Shown here in pieces: positions 1 to 9,225 of a DNA stretch of 64,000 nucleotides. The position numbers were made by a program, and so were the translations under genes. The first letter of the stretch is position 1, and the number at the start of each line of letters is the position of its first letter. The notes beneath the pieces are model-generated. The model was not told the origin of the DNA. It did no database searches and worked only from the letters and a program-made list of their open reading frames with translations. This DNA comes from a virus: the IMG/VR virus record IMGVR_UViG_3300047560_001569, positions 3,627-67,626 of that record; one strand, given 5' to 3'.

Positions 1-1296
1 AATACTAGGACTGGTATTACCCATGATGATGGAGCTGGAAGCATTAGGAGCAATAGCCATAAGATGACTAAAACGTAACCCAGTACCAGCAGCATCAGGT
101 GCCTCACCTCTTTCCGCACCGAGCTGTTTGTTTGCTTCATTTAGCTTCTCCCTGATATTCTTAAACATCTGGTTGTTAATTGATTTTGCCATAACCCCTT
201 CAAAAGGAATATTCTGCTGCTGTAGATAAGCGTGAAACCCCAAAGCACCAATACCAATACTACGTTCACGTACTGCAGAATATTTGGCTCTACTAATTAC
301 GTCAGGTGCATTATCAATAAAATACTGAAGAACATTATCAAGCATTTCTGCAACGTCACGAAGGAATAGATAATTATCTTTCCACTGATCATAGTATTCT
401 AAATTTAATGATGATAAGCAACATACGGCTGTACGTTCTTTATCTGTTGGAAGAATAATTTCTGAACATAGGTTAGACTGTTTGATACTCAATCCTAACT
501 TCTTTTGAAACACAGGCATCTGTCTATTACTTGTATCAATAAAATGCAAGTATGGCTCACCAGTATGCATCCTCATATCGATAACTCTTTGCCATAGATC
601 TTTGGCTGAGACAACTTCTCTCACTTCACCGTTATGGGGATCTTTTAATTCCCAGTCATCATTTGCTGTCGGATCTTTCATACACCGTTCAATAATTTCC
701 ATGAACGAATCAGGTATATTAATGCCATGATGAAGATTCATTGTCCTCATGTTAGGATCACCTGTCGGTTTACGCATCTCTAAAAAGATAAGAATATCGG
801 GATGAGAAATATCAAGATAAGCAGCATAAGACCCCCTCCTCGTCCGCCCCTGTCTGTATGCCAAACTACTAGCGTCATAAGTGCGAAGATGAGGCATAAC
901 GCCAACGCTCTTATCATCTGCTGATCTAATACCAATTCCAATTCCGACTCCTCCGCCCAGCATACTGAGCCAATTTACTTCCGAAAGTGTGTCAACCAAT
1001 CCAGCCGAACTATCATGGAGATAAGGTAAGAAACATGATATAGGAAGGCCACGAGCACTACGCCCAAAAGACAAAATAGGAGTACTATACGACAACCAAT
1101 GTTTGCTAGAATATTCATACAGCCTCTGAGCATGGTCCGTGGTTGTCCCAAATTGTTTCGATACAAATGCTAGCCTTTCTTGTGGAGATTTTTCATCATC
1201 CCTCATATACGATTCCTGCAATCGCTTGATCCCTAACGAATCGAATAACTGATCTCTACTATAATCAATGACCAATTCGCTTATATCTTTCTGCAT
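1..1296 (-). CDS. nrdA: Ribonucleotide reductase class I alpha subunit (C-terminus beyond window start)
   Basis: Manual translation from ATG at 1296 (MQKDISELVIDYSRD...). Motifs PISCF, GGGVG, QSNLCSEI, AVCCLSSLNL, RSIGIGALG, MAIAPNASSS. No N-terminal ATP cone is evident. The frame runs off the window, so it is absent from the ORF track. Confidence 0.95.
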   Translation of the reverse strand, partial: MQKDISELVIDYSRDQLFDSLGIKRLQESYMRDDEKSPQERLAFVSKQFGTTTDHAQRLYEYSSKHWLSYSTPILSFGRSARGLPISCFLPYLHDSSAGLVDTLSEVNWLSMLGGGVGIGIGIRSADDKSVGVMPHLRTYDASSLAYRQGRTRRGSYAAYLDISHPDILIFLEMRKPTGDPNMRTMNLHHGINIPDSFMEIIERCMKDPTANDDWELKDPHNGEVREVVSAKDLWQRVIDMRMHTGEPYLHFIDTSNRQMPVFQKKLGLSIKQSNLCSEIILPTDKERTAVCCLSSLNLEYYDQWKDNYLFLRDVAEMLDNVLQYFIDNAPDVISRAKYSAVRERSIGIGALGFHAYLQQQNIPFEGVMAKSINNQMFKNIREKLNEANKQLGAERGEAPDAAGTGLRFSHLMAIAPNASSSIIMGNTSPSI

Positions 1297-1310
1297 AAAA
1301 ACTCCAATTA

Positions 1311-2000
1311 TTATTTTTGTACTAGTTGACTGGTAAGAGGGAATACCTCCGCGATGACTTCAGCACATGCTTTGGCTATATCAACATGCTCTAACTGTGT
1401 TCCGTTCGCGCTACGGAGTTGTATATAGTGAATCCACGAGCGCAGCGTTCCGTTCATATACAACCGTGATTTTGTTAGTCCTTCTGGCAGTAATGCGCGT
1501 GCCTGTTCTTTAGCAATTCCACGTTCGATCGCCCAATTGTATTCTTGTTTTACCCATGTCAATACACGTTGCTGACATCGCTCCCACTCTACTGCAAGCA
1601 TCCTATGCTCTTGAATGTTTGTATCGATTTTAATGCTGTTTTGACGATTAGTGGTGTCTTGTAAACGACACTCCCTCAACTCAAACGCATCCTCCATCTC
1701 TTTTGTAGGATCAGCATATCTTTGGCTAAATTCTTGGAACGAAAATGACCTATGTCTGAGGATTTGTCTTGCTATGTCCCTTGTCGTCTCTATCTCGAGA
1801 CACACATTAACCATCTCAAGCGGACTCCAATGTTGATTATTAATTAGGTACTTGATTAGTTTAGTCGATGTCTCTAACGACATTTGGTTGGAAGGATTTG
1901 ATACACGAGCACAAAAAGCAACAAGTTCTTGCGCATCATAAAGGCCATTGGACACTAACTCCCTCGATGGCTTCGAGTGGCTGATTAATCTGATTTTCAT
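1311..2000 (-). CDS. thyX: Flavin-dependent thymidylate synthase
   Basis: RHRSFSFQEFSQRY ThyX signature; HWSPLE. Confidence 0.97.
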   Translation of the reverse strand: MKIRLISHSKPSRELVSNGLYDAQELVAFCARVSNPSNQMSLETSTKLIKYLINNQHWSPLEMVNVCLEIETTRDIARQILRHRSFSFQEFSQRYADPTKEMEDAFELRECRLQDTTNRQNSIKIDTNIQEHRMLAVEWERCQQRVLTWVKQEYNWAIERGIAKEQARALLPEGLTKSRLYMNGTLRSWIHYIQLRSANGTQLEHVDIAKACAEVIAEVFPLTSQLVQK

Positions 2001-2007
2001 AGTAAAT

Positions 2008-2190
2008 TTACGCTATGACCTTCATTACCCAGTTTTCTGCACAATCCTCTGCATATATTACGTTATGCTCACGTATTTCTCGAGTCTCTACAAGTTGGTC
2101 ATCCTTATAAAACTCTACATCAAATCCCTGTTCTACCGATAATACCCGAGCTTTACGCTCATTTTGAATATATTCGCTTATTAATTTCAT
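2008..2190 (-). CDS. Small conserved phage protein
   Basis: Short ORF overlapping the primase stop; ends AEDCAENWV. Confidence 0.6.
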   Translation of the reverse strand: MKLISEYIQNERKARVLSVEQGFDVEFYKDDQLVETREIREHNVIYAEDCAENWVMKVIA

Positions 2191-3206
2191 ATCTTCTTCC
2201 ATTGAGTCAGTGCAGCTAGTGCGGTTAATCCACTCTTCGTATTCTCTCTAATTATTGCCTCAGGATCAAGCCCTGCAACAACAATATCATTAATATCTTT
2301 ATACTGTAGGTCATCTGGCCAAATGCAAACGTTGTAACCTCGATTGATTGCTTTCTCAACACGATCCACGATTTGTTTATTACGTGGCTCGTTGTCCATG
2401 ATAATAACAAACTCGTTTGCAGGTTTATCGGGGAATGCTATATTTAGATCTATGTCAGCTCCGGCCATTGCAATACAATTTGGTAGGAATAACGAATCTA
2501 TTGGCCCTTCAACACACCATATATTACCCGCTGAATTAACGGTATCCCACCCGAACAACTTCGGCTTGTCATAATCAAGCATGATTGTAATGTACCGCCT
2601 CTGAGACTCCTTCTTGAAGCTCCTACCCTGGAATCCAAACAACTCTCCCTTGCTGTCAATGAACGGAATAACAAGCCTAGGTTCATCGTCTTTGACATTT
2701 AACTTCTCCGGAACAATCGAATTGACCCACGCATTAAATTTGGGGGCAAAGAATAGCTTGAAGTGTGCACTCGACGGAATTTTTCTCCTCAATACATACT
2801 TCTTTGCTGGATGGTCGTGGTCTAGTTGAGATATCTTCTTGATTGCTTTTAGAGGTTGATTTCCTTTTAGGTACTTCGGAATAACCACTCTTGCAATATC
2901 AGGTTGTGTTGGGTTTTCTTGGATAGTATTCTTCTCCAAGAACCTTTCCCGCTTATACTGATCACATAGCTCTCCATCTATATGAGATAGAAAGTTTGCA
3001 AGTGACATGGATGCATGACAATTATGACAAAAGTAGATAGTGCCAACTACTGGCTTCTCTATAATGTAACCTCTTGTCTTGAATTTATTTGTTTTTGAGT
3101 CACCGCATATAGGGCAACGCATATTAAATACATTGTTTTGCTGGCGCTTGAATTGCTCAACACGATTGCTGATAAGCCCAATGTACTTCTGATCGATCCA
3201 ATCCAT
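2187..3206 (-). CDS. gp61: DNA primase (T4 gp61-like)
   Basis: CPICGDS...CHNC zinc finger; TOPRIM motifs VEGPIDSLF, DNEPRN, KDIND. Confidence 0.95.
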   Translation of the reverse strand: MDWIDQKYIGLISNRVEQFKRQQNNVFNMRCPICGDSKTNKFKTRGYIIEKPVVGTIYFCHNCHASMSLANFLSHIDGELCDQYKRERFLEKNTIQENPTQPDIARVVIPKYLKGNQPLKAIKKISQLDHDHPAKKYVLRRKIPSSAHFKLFFAPKFNAWVNSIVPEKLNVKDDEPRLVIPFIDSKGELFGFQGRSFKKESQRRYITIMLDYDKPKLFGWDTVNSAGNIWCVEGPIDSLFLPNCIAMAGADIDLNIAFPDKPANEFVIIMDNEPRNKQIVDRVEKAINRGYNVCIWPDDLQYKDINDIVVAGLDPEAIIRENTKSGLTALAALTQWKKI

Positions 3207-3267
3207 AAAGAAAACCCAGTATAATAAACGACAAGTCGATTATACTGGGTTTATATTTTGAATCAAC
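3207..3267 (-). promoter_or_regulatory. 14-bp hairpin with U-tract (terminator-like) overlapping a sigma70-like promoter for primase
   Basis: Arms aaacccagtataat (3212-3225) and attatactgggttt (3239-3252); minus strand reads TTGATT-N16-TATAAT. Confidence 0.55.
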
Positions 3268-3282
3268 AGCTAGCGGCAGGAT

Positions 3283-3588
3283 TTAGTGGAAGAATTTCGC
3301 AACGACATCCATATGACCAGATACCCATCCTATTGCGGCAACTACGCCAGCAGCAGTCCATATCCATTTATCACGTTCGACTTTGAGAGCATTGATCTCT
3401 TTTGCTAAAGCAGAGTGTTGAGTACACGATGCATCATACATCGTCTTCAACTGATCCTTCAGCTCATCCCTTGTTCTATCTAAACAATCGTGAACATCCT
3501 TTACATCTGTCTTGAGATCGTCTATCTTTTCGTCCAAGTTATGAACTTTCGTCTCGACTATACCTAATCGCTCTACTGTTGTAGCCAT
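3283..3588 (-). CDS. Coiled-coil protein with C-terminal membrane anchor (lysis-associated?)
   Basis: Heptad-like repeats followed by hydrophobic WIWTAAGVVAAIGWV. Confidence 0.6.
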   Translation of the reverse strand: MATTVERLGIVETKVHNLDEKIDDLKTDVKDVHDCLDRTRDELKDQLKTMYDASCTQHSALAKEINALKVERDKWIWTAAGVVAAIGWVSGHMDVVAKFFH

Positions 3589-3816
3589 TTATTTTTTCAC
3601 AGGAACTTCTGTGCCTTCTAGTTTTTTATGAACCTTGATTGTTTTACAGGCCTGTTTTGGTTTGCCGTCTTTACCAACAACAGGTTTGCCATCTTTCCCA
3701 ATCACGCCCTTACAGACTTCCTTTGTCTCAGCAGCGTATACAGGAGTATTCCATTGAAGGAACGTCGCACTAGCTAACACACACAATATCCAGAATGTTC
3801 TTTTAATTTGTAGCAT
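3589..3816 (-). CDS. Small secreted protein
   Basis: Signal peptide ending VYA; two GKDGK repeats between two Cys. Confidence 0.6.
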   Translation of the reverse strand: MLQIKRTFWILCVLASATFLQWNTPVYAAETKEVCKGVIGKDGKPVVGKDGKPKQACKTIKVHKKLEGTEVPVKK

Positions 3817-3826
3817 ATTTATCCTT

Positions 3827-4279
3827 TTATAAAAGCGGCTGTGAGGCTGGAGGAGGAGCAAGTTTACCGCCGAACCCTACTGACGGTGCTGCAGGAGGAG
3901 TAACACTGACTGACTCTGCGATTGGCGCAGAAAAGACAGGTGCTGCTGGCAAGCTTGCTGGTGGTTCGTTCTTTGGGGGTGGAGAGACTGTTGTTGGTCT
4001 GTTTGCTGCATCTAATGCCTTTGCTTGTAAATCTTTATCATTCCCCGCCAACATAATACCCGAAAGTGTACCAGTTAAGAATGTTGCAATAGGAATAATC
4101 AATTCAAAAAACTTTTGATCGATAGGACTTATAGCATTCAAAGGCTGAGTTACAAAGATAATTGAATATAACACAACAAAAACAATTCCTGTCAATGTTA
4201 ATGCTAAACAAATACCAATGAAGAACTTTAAACGAGCCATTAACTGCTCTTCGGTATACATAAAATTATTATTTTCCAC
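3827..4279 (-). CDS. Two-TM membrane protein with Pro/Ala-rich tail (holin-like candidate)
   Basis: Two hydrophobic helices, located in the lysis cassette; start uncertain (GTG 4279 or ATG 4345). Confidence 0.6.
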   Translation of the reverse strand: MENNNFMYTEEQLMARLKFFIGICLALTLTGIVFVVLYSIIFVTQPLNAISPIDQKFFELIIPIATFLTGTLSGIMLAGNDKDLQAKALDAANRPTTVSPPPKNEPPASLPAAPVFSAPIAESVSVTPPAAPSVGFGGKLAPPPASQPLL

Positions 4280-4559
4280 AGGTCGCTCCTTGTGTTGGGC
4301 ATGATGATGCTGGAGCCAGCTGAATAGTTGTTTGATTTTGTCCATCTTTAGGGGGTCCTACTCTAGGGTCGCGTTGCCCTTTAAAGATATGTTCAGGGCA
4401 CGTTCTCGTCACATCACATATCGGTAATTTACAAAAATCCTTGTCCCAGTTGGCTGGGTCTTGGCACGGGTATCTAAATCTATCACCACTACATATTGCC
4501 AGAGCAACAGGCAATATGAGCAGCAATAACATATATTTAACTAATTTACGATCGTTCAT
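4269..4559 (-). CDS. Membrane-anchored Cys-rich periplasmic protein
   Basis: N-terminal hydrophobic segment followed by DRFRYPCQDPANW...C...C...C. Confidence 0.6.
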   Translation of the reverse strand: MNDRKLVKYMLLLLILPVALAICSGDRFRYPCQDPANWDKDFCKLPICDVTRTCPEHIFKGQRDPRVGPPKDGQNQTTIQLAPASSCPTQGATCGK

Positions 4560-4581
4560 ATTACTTCTTATACTGTATTTT

Positions 4582-4812
4582 TTACCAAGTGATTGCGCCA
4601 GCTGAGATCTTACGAAGAGCCATGTTAACAACACTAAGTGCTAACATCTGATACTCTAAAGGTAACACAAAACCATAACTAGTTTGTGCAACTACTGCTA
4701 CACCAGCAATAATGTTAGCCCAAAATGTTTTGCTGTAATACCATTTTTTACCTGTCATCTCACCTTCAATGACTTCTGCTACCGCTTCTGTAATTTTTTG
4801 GTTTGTTGCCAC
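4582..4812 (-). CDS. Putative holin
   Basis: 76 aa with two TM segments and KKWYYSKTFW; directly downstream of the endolysin. Confidence 0.55.
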   Translation of the reverse strand: MATNQKITEAVAEVIEGEMTGKKWYYSKTFWANIIAGVAVVAQTSYGFVLPLEYQMLALSVVNMALRKISAGAITW

Positions 4813-4813
4813 G

Positions 4814-5440
4814 TTATTCTCCCATTACGTGTAATGCATGCTCGTAGTGACTAATTCGATCTTCCAATCCAATATAGCCGCCGTTAATGGCTTTAGTAAG
4901 CCCCTTCATGTCACCTACATCTGCAAATCTATTTAAATTGTTAGATTCCCAGAACCAGCATGCCGACTGCGCAGCACCTTCAAAAGTTCCCAAATACTCA
5001 GACACCTCTTCAGGTGTAATCTCTAGACTATCAGCAAACGCTGTGTAGTTTTGTTTGCCAGTCAATTGAATTAATCCACGACCACAGTAGCGATATCCAT
5101 CACCACTAGATTCTGGACCATTTCCCATTCTATTGGCGTAAACTCTATTTGCAATAGCTTCTTGTTTATTTGGCTTAGAAGCATATTCTTTTGCTATTTG
5201 ATCATCAGGAAAATACTTCGGAAAAATCTTGCGAAGTGTTTCGAAACGATAGTTGAGGTTTTCTTTTAATGCAGTAAACCCCCCTGACTCATGTGAACAC
5301 TGAGCCATGAATGCTGCTATTCTTTTTGGTGTATTGATTTCATAATCGGGTAGTAACTTTGATAATGCATCATACCAATGATCAATATATGGGTTCTTTG
5401 GAAGCAACTGCTTCAACTGATCCTTTGTCAATTCTGTCAT
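4814..5440 (-). CDS. Endolysin, glycoside hydrolase family 19
   Basis: AAFMAQCSHESGGF, YCGRGLIQLTGKQNY, TKAINGG; AGGAGA RBS before MTEL. Confidence 0.92.
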   Translation of the reverse strand: MTELTKDQLKQLLPKNPYIDHWYDALSKLLPDYEINTPKRIAAFMAQCSHESGGFTALKENLNYRFETLRKIFPKYFPDDQIAKEYASKPNKQEAIANRVYANRMGNGPESSGDGYRYCGRGLIQLTGKQNYTAFADSLEITPEEVSEYLGTFEGAAQSACWFWESNNLNRFADVGDMKGLTKAINGGYIGLEDRISHYEHALHVMGE

Positions 5441-5491
5441 CTTATCTCCTTGGATGCTTGTGGCCACACACTGGGCAATCTTCTGCGTTAT

Positions 5492-5752
5492 TCATTTTAC
5501 ACTTTCGAATATATGTTTTTGAATCTTATACCACTCAACTAATCCATCATGTCTCACAGCACAATCATAATAAGTAGAGTAATTAACTGTTACTGTTTTA
5601 GCGACGTCGCTTAATTTTACTTCGTCTCCTAATTTTTCTAACTGAGGGCATGTTACTAACAACCTTTCTGGTACTTCCGGAAACGTACGCTTGACAGGAA
5701 CACTACCACATCCAACTAGTAATACAGTAATCAGTATATATTTAACATTCAT
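5492..5752 (-). CDS. Outer-membrane spanin (Rz1-like lipoprotein)
   Basis: Lipobox LVG-C, Pro-rich FPEVP, two further Cys; adjacent to the endolysin. Confidence 0.75.
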   Translation of the reverse strand: MNVKYILITVLLVGCGSVPVKRTFPEVPERLLVTCPQLEKLGDEVKLSDVAKTVTVNYSTYYDCAVRHDGLVEWYKIQKHIFESVK

Positions 5753-5922
5753 TTTTTATCTTGGGCATCAATAAAATTTTGTTTTGTAGGCGCACCTTTG
5801 GATCCTGGCTTACGCATCTTCTCACCAGAACCATGCTTGATACGTTCTTGTTTAGCATGAATATTGGCCCACAATCCACCCTCACCCAACGTTGACTTAA
5901 TGAATTGTTGTAGCTTTTTCAT
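5749..5922 (-). CDS. Small basic protein, putative internal head protein (57 aa, not in ORF track)
   Basis: MKKLQQFIKSTLGE-GGLWANIHAKQERIKHGSGEKMRKPGSKGAP; overlaps both neighbouring genes. Confidence 0.7.
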   Translation of the reverse strand: MKKLQQFIKSTLGEGGLWANIHAKQERIKHGSGEKMRKPGSKGAPTKQNFIDAQDKK

Positions 5923-6218
5923 CAGTCACGTCCTTTTGGATGCTTGGCATAATCAGCTGCAATAGCAGAACCATAATCACTATATGCTGGAGTCTTTGGT
6001 TTAGGTGCATCAGAACGCGTTCTGATCTTTTGCAACAGGTTAAAAGCTTTTCTAGATTTGATCATGTGATGAGTCTCTGCTTCACGATTCTTAGGGTACT
6101 CCTGTCGTGCTGCACTAGCCTGAACATCATGGTGGTATTTAATTTGGCCAACCTTGTTTTGCCAACGGTTGTTGTTATCTTCGGTTCCCTCTTTTACGTA
6201 CTGTAATAGTGATTTCAT
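5922..6218 (-). CDS. Putative internal head protein
   Basis: N-terminus MKSLLQYVKE resembles the T4 capsid-targeting sequence. Confidence 0.55.
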   Translation of the reverse strand: MKSLLQYVKEGTEDNNNRWQNKVGQIKYHHDVQASAARQEYPKNREAETHHMIKSRKAFNLLQKIRTRSDAPKPKTPAYSDYGSAIAADYAKHPKGRD

Positions 6219-6643
6219 TTTGGTTGCTCCGCTGCGTTATTATGAGCTTTGATAAACTCTTTAGGTATTACACACTGACTATCATATTTAACAACTTCCC
6301 TATCGACATATTTAATAATATCGTCTCCGCGTTGTTTTATAACTTCAGTCCTTTTAACAATCTTATCTAGTAACTTCGTATTCTCTTTTGCCGATTGCGC
6401 TTCTGCTGCTGCAACCTTAGCTTCTAATTCTTTTACTTTCGCCTGCCACGCTTCTTCATTTGAAATAGCGCCAGCCATGTATGTACCAAAAATAATAGCG
6501 ACAACAGAGGCCGCTTGTAATGGTGTTCGGTACATAGACACGAACGGAATAAACTTTAAAACAAAACTTGCTAGTAGACCTAGCAAGCCTATAAAAAATA
6601 TACTATAAAATATCCAGTTAGGTAGAAAATTAAGTACCCACAT
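6215..6643 (-). CDS. Inner-membrane spanin (Rz-like)
   Basis: N-terminal TM segments, coiled coil, C-terminal Cys (CVIPKEF). Confidence 0.7.
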   Translation of the reverse strand: MWVLNFLPNWIFYSIFFIGLLGLLASFVLKFIPFVSMYRTPLQAASVVAIIFGTYMAGAISNEEAWQAKVKELEAKVAAAEAQSAKENTKLLDKIVKRTEVIKQRGDDIIKYVDREVVKYDSQCVIPKEFIKAHNNAAEQPK

Positions 6644-7091
6644 TCCAACGTCTCCTCAGCATCAACCGTGCTTTCGTTAGCAGTGCTTGCCGTCCAGGAG
6701 GTTCACCTTGAGGACCAACTCCGAGCCCTGCTACACTTGCAACTCCCATATTTTCATTTAATGAAAGTAGGTATTGTTGGCAACCCTCAACAAGAGCATC
6801 AATGTCTTGGTGCTTCTTTTGCTCTCTCATTAAATATGCAGCAGCTGCAAAGTTTGCAATTCTCGTCTTACCGCCAGGCAGCTTAGCAATCATCTTCTTA
6901 ACATTTGCTACTAGGATATCAAAAAACCCCCAAGAATTTTGTTCTTGAGGGGTTAGATCTTTGCGATGTTTGATTACATTGCCATCTTTATCAATGATGC
7001 CTAACTTAAACGCTTCCCACTTAGGAAACGGAGTAATTAGACGACTGACAAGTTGATAGACAAGGTATGAATCAACTAACTTGCTGGCCAT
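6630..7091 (-). CDS. Conserved T4-like phage protein (probable virion or internal protein)
   Basis: PFPKWEAFKLGIIDKDGNVIK motif recalled from T4-like phages. Confidence 0.55.
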   Translation of the reverse strand: MASKLVDSYLVYQLVSRLITPFPKWEAFKLGIIDKDGNVIKHRKDLTPQEQNSWGFFDILVANVKKMIAKLPGGKTRIANFAAAAYLMREQKKHQDIDALVEGCQQYLLSLNENMGVASVAGLGVGPQGEPPGRQALLTKARLMLRRRWNVGT

Positions 7092-7485
7092 TTAAATTCC
7101 TTAATACACTTACTATAACAGGATCCATGGCAATGTCGCTAGTACATATATCTTTACCTTCTAATCCAATTGCCTTAACGACATCAGGACACGTGCCCAT
7201 CAAATCTAAAAAAGGCTTGATCAGCGGTAGTTGATCTTTTAACTTTAAGAATAAAAGTCTTGTTCCAGCAACAGCACCGAATACATTGTATATTACAGTT
7301 AAGTGGTTGATTATCAGTCGCTCTTTAATCTCACCACTTTCTTGATATTTGTTTAATAAACGTTTTATATATTTGAAACGATTCAAATCTTCATAAAACT
7401 CAACAGTATCATAACAATGTGGGTTGTCGTAATGCTTCGCAGCGTATAATAAAAAGTTGGTCTCATCGACCTTGTCAATATTCAT
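7072..7485 (-). CDS. Conserved T4-like phage hypothetical protein
   Basis: NFLLYAAKHYDNP...EFYEDLNRFKYIKRL...LIINH pattern, recalled as widespread in T4-like phages. Confidence 0.7.
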   Translation of the reverse strand: MNIDKVDETNFLLYAAKHYDNPHCYDTVEFYEDLNRFKYIKRLLNKYQESGEIKERLIINHLTVIYNVFGAVAGTRLLFLKLKDQLPLIKPFLDLMGTCPDVVKAIGLEGKDICTSDIAMDPVIVSVLRNLNGQQVS

Positions 7486-7486
7486 A

Positions 7487-7756
7487 TTAGAACGAGCTCA
7501 GAGAGATCCTTTTCCATACATCAGTAGTAACAGCAATATAAAGATACGTCGAATCGTACATAATTGTTCCTGCCGTAGCAGCCATACTACTACTCGTAGG
7601 AGTTCCACTAATAATCCTAGCACCAAACAAATCACCCACCGACACTTGCTTTGTAACGGCATTCGACGATGGGCTATCCACAATAACTAAAAGATCATCG
7701 ACTGTCGGTGTGGATAACACCGGCAACTCAGATATTTTCTTTGCTCTGTTCGTCAT
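7487..7756 (-). CDS. Small virion or fibre-associated protein
   Basis: KISELP...DDLLVIVD and GTIMYDSTYLYIAV...WKR motifs typical of fibre modules. Confidence 0.5.
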   Translation of the reverse strand: MTNRAKKISELPVLSTPTVDDLLVIVDSPSSNAVTKQVSVGDLFGARIISGTPTSSSMAATAGTIMYDSTYLYIAVTTDVWKRISLSSF

Positions 7757-7762
7757 TTAATT

Positions 7763-8293
7763 TTATGTATCTGCGGCTACGCTATCATCACTTGCATCAC
7801 CAGCGACTGCTTGAGTCATGCTCTTAACGAAAACAAGTTGCTCTACTTGTTTACGACCAGAACGGCCACCAGTACCAGCAACATAGTTGTACCAACCTGG
7901 CGACTTCAAACCACGACCACGGTTAGCCGACACACGTGCCTCCGTAACGTCTACACCAACGATATCGCGGTTATTGACGATTGAGCTGTTAGCATATGAC
8001 TGATTGTAGCTACGTGGTGCTTGCTGATACCACATAGTGGCGCCGGCAGCAGTAGTTGCTGTGTATGCAGAGGCCAATGTCAACGAAGTTGTGTTGGCGA
8101 TTGCTGCAACTTTATAACGTGTAGTAGTACCTGGTGCTGTGTTAGCTGTAGACAAGAATACCATATCTCCAACTTTAAGTTCAGTTGTGAACGCAGTACC
8201 GGAACCAGTTACAGTTGCGCTAGTTTGCGTGAATGTGACTGTGCCAGTAGCAGCTCCTGGTGAGCCTCCGTCTTTTTTACCCCATAATGCCAT
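7763..8293 (-). CDS. Virion structural protein (Thr/Ala/Gly-rich)
   Basis: MALWG start, beta-rich TVTGSGTAF segment, strong AGGAG RBS. Confidence 0.6.
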   Translation of the reverse strand: MALWGKKDGGSPGAATGTVTFTQTSATVTGSGTAFTTELKVGDMVFLSTANTAPGTTTRYKVAAIANTTSLTLASAYTATTAAGATMWYQQAPRSYNQSYANSSIVNNRDIVGVDVTEARVSANRGRGLKSPGWYNYVAGTGGRSGRKQVEQLVFVKSMTQAVAGDASDDSVAADT

Positions 8294-8334
8294 GTTTTTC
8301 TCCTTGAGATGTTATTATTATACTTATTTATCGT

Positions 8335-8802
8335 TTATTTAAGTCTGCCGTAGACAGCCATCATATTATCATGGGATTGATATAAAAATTCAGCAACCTT
8401 CAATCTGTCTTCAGGTTTAATTTTTTCCATAGACTCAACTAGCTTCTTAGCTACCGTGCCTTCAACAAACACCTTTTGACCATCACCGAAAGTGATGTCT
8501 GCACCGCCTTGTGTGCCGTGTTCGAGGATGTCAATTGGTTTTCTCAATTGAACCAGAATATTCATGTCTGCCTCTGGCTCAACTTCTTCCTTAATGTGCT
8601 TGATCTTAGCACCCATCTCTGACGCATCATCGAGATGTGTGTCTGTTAGATGCTCACCAACTTTAATGCCATGTGATAGGTTCTTACCAACTGCTTTCAC
8701 ATGATATTTCGTTTGGCCATTGACCTTGACTGGCGTTACATGCAACGCGTTGGGATGTAATTTAGGAGATGTTACTTCTAAAATTTGTATTAATGATTTC
8801 AT
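8335..8802 (-). CDS. Putative internal head protein
   Basis: MKSLIQILE start; His-rich module followed by an IKEE linker. Confidence 0.55.
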   Translation of the reverse strand: MKSLIQILEVTSPKLHPNALHVTPVKVNGQTKYHVKAVGKNLSHGIKVGEHLTDTHLDDASEMGAKIKHIKEEVEPEADMNILVQLRKPIDILEHGTQGGADITFGDGQKVFVEGTVAKKLVESMEKIKPEDRLKVAEFLYQSHDNMMAVYGRLK

Positions 8803-9225
8803 TTACTTAATATCCTTATTATCTAACGGACCGTTTGTTAACCATGCATCACAAGTTCTGCTACCAGCACACTTAAAATCCAATAATTCACAGTATCCTA
8901 GATCTGCTTTATTAATAACACCTTCTATAGCGGCCATATCATCTTTACTGTCCGATATACCATCTACTATACATTGTCGAATTTGATCTGATACATTAAA
9001 AGCAGCACAAGTACAGCAACGTGCCTTCTGTGCATACTCTATCGTTACCTTCCACATCTTGGCTTTTGCTTTCCAAAAGTCCAATGAGGGCTCCATTGGA
9101 TTCATTGGTCCATAACCATAATTATCAATTGCGTGCTGACGATTGATTAAATTCTGCGCAAGATTGTGAGTCACTGGAGGACATACGCTCTTTGCCTCAG
9201 CCACAAAAGATTGAAAATTCTTCAT
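8803..9225 (-). CDS. Cys-rich putative internal head protein
   Basis: MKNFQSFVAE start (close to T4 MKTYQEFIAE); CCTC, C...C...C...C cluster. Confidence 0.6.
   Translation of the reverse strand: MKNFQSFVAEAKSVCPPVTHNLAQNLINRQHAIDNYGYGPMNPMEPSLDFWKAKAKMWKVTIEYAQKARCCTCAAFNVSDQIRQCIVDGISDSKDDMAAIEGVINKADLGYCELLDFKCAGSRTCDAWLTNGPLDNKDIK

Noticed and set aside
975-1166. 63-aa ORF suggesting a broken nrdA
   Set aside because: It is an alternate frame. Manual translation indicates nrdA is continuous from 1296 to the window edge.
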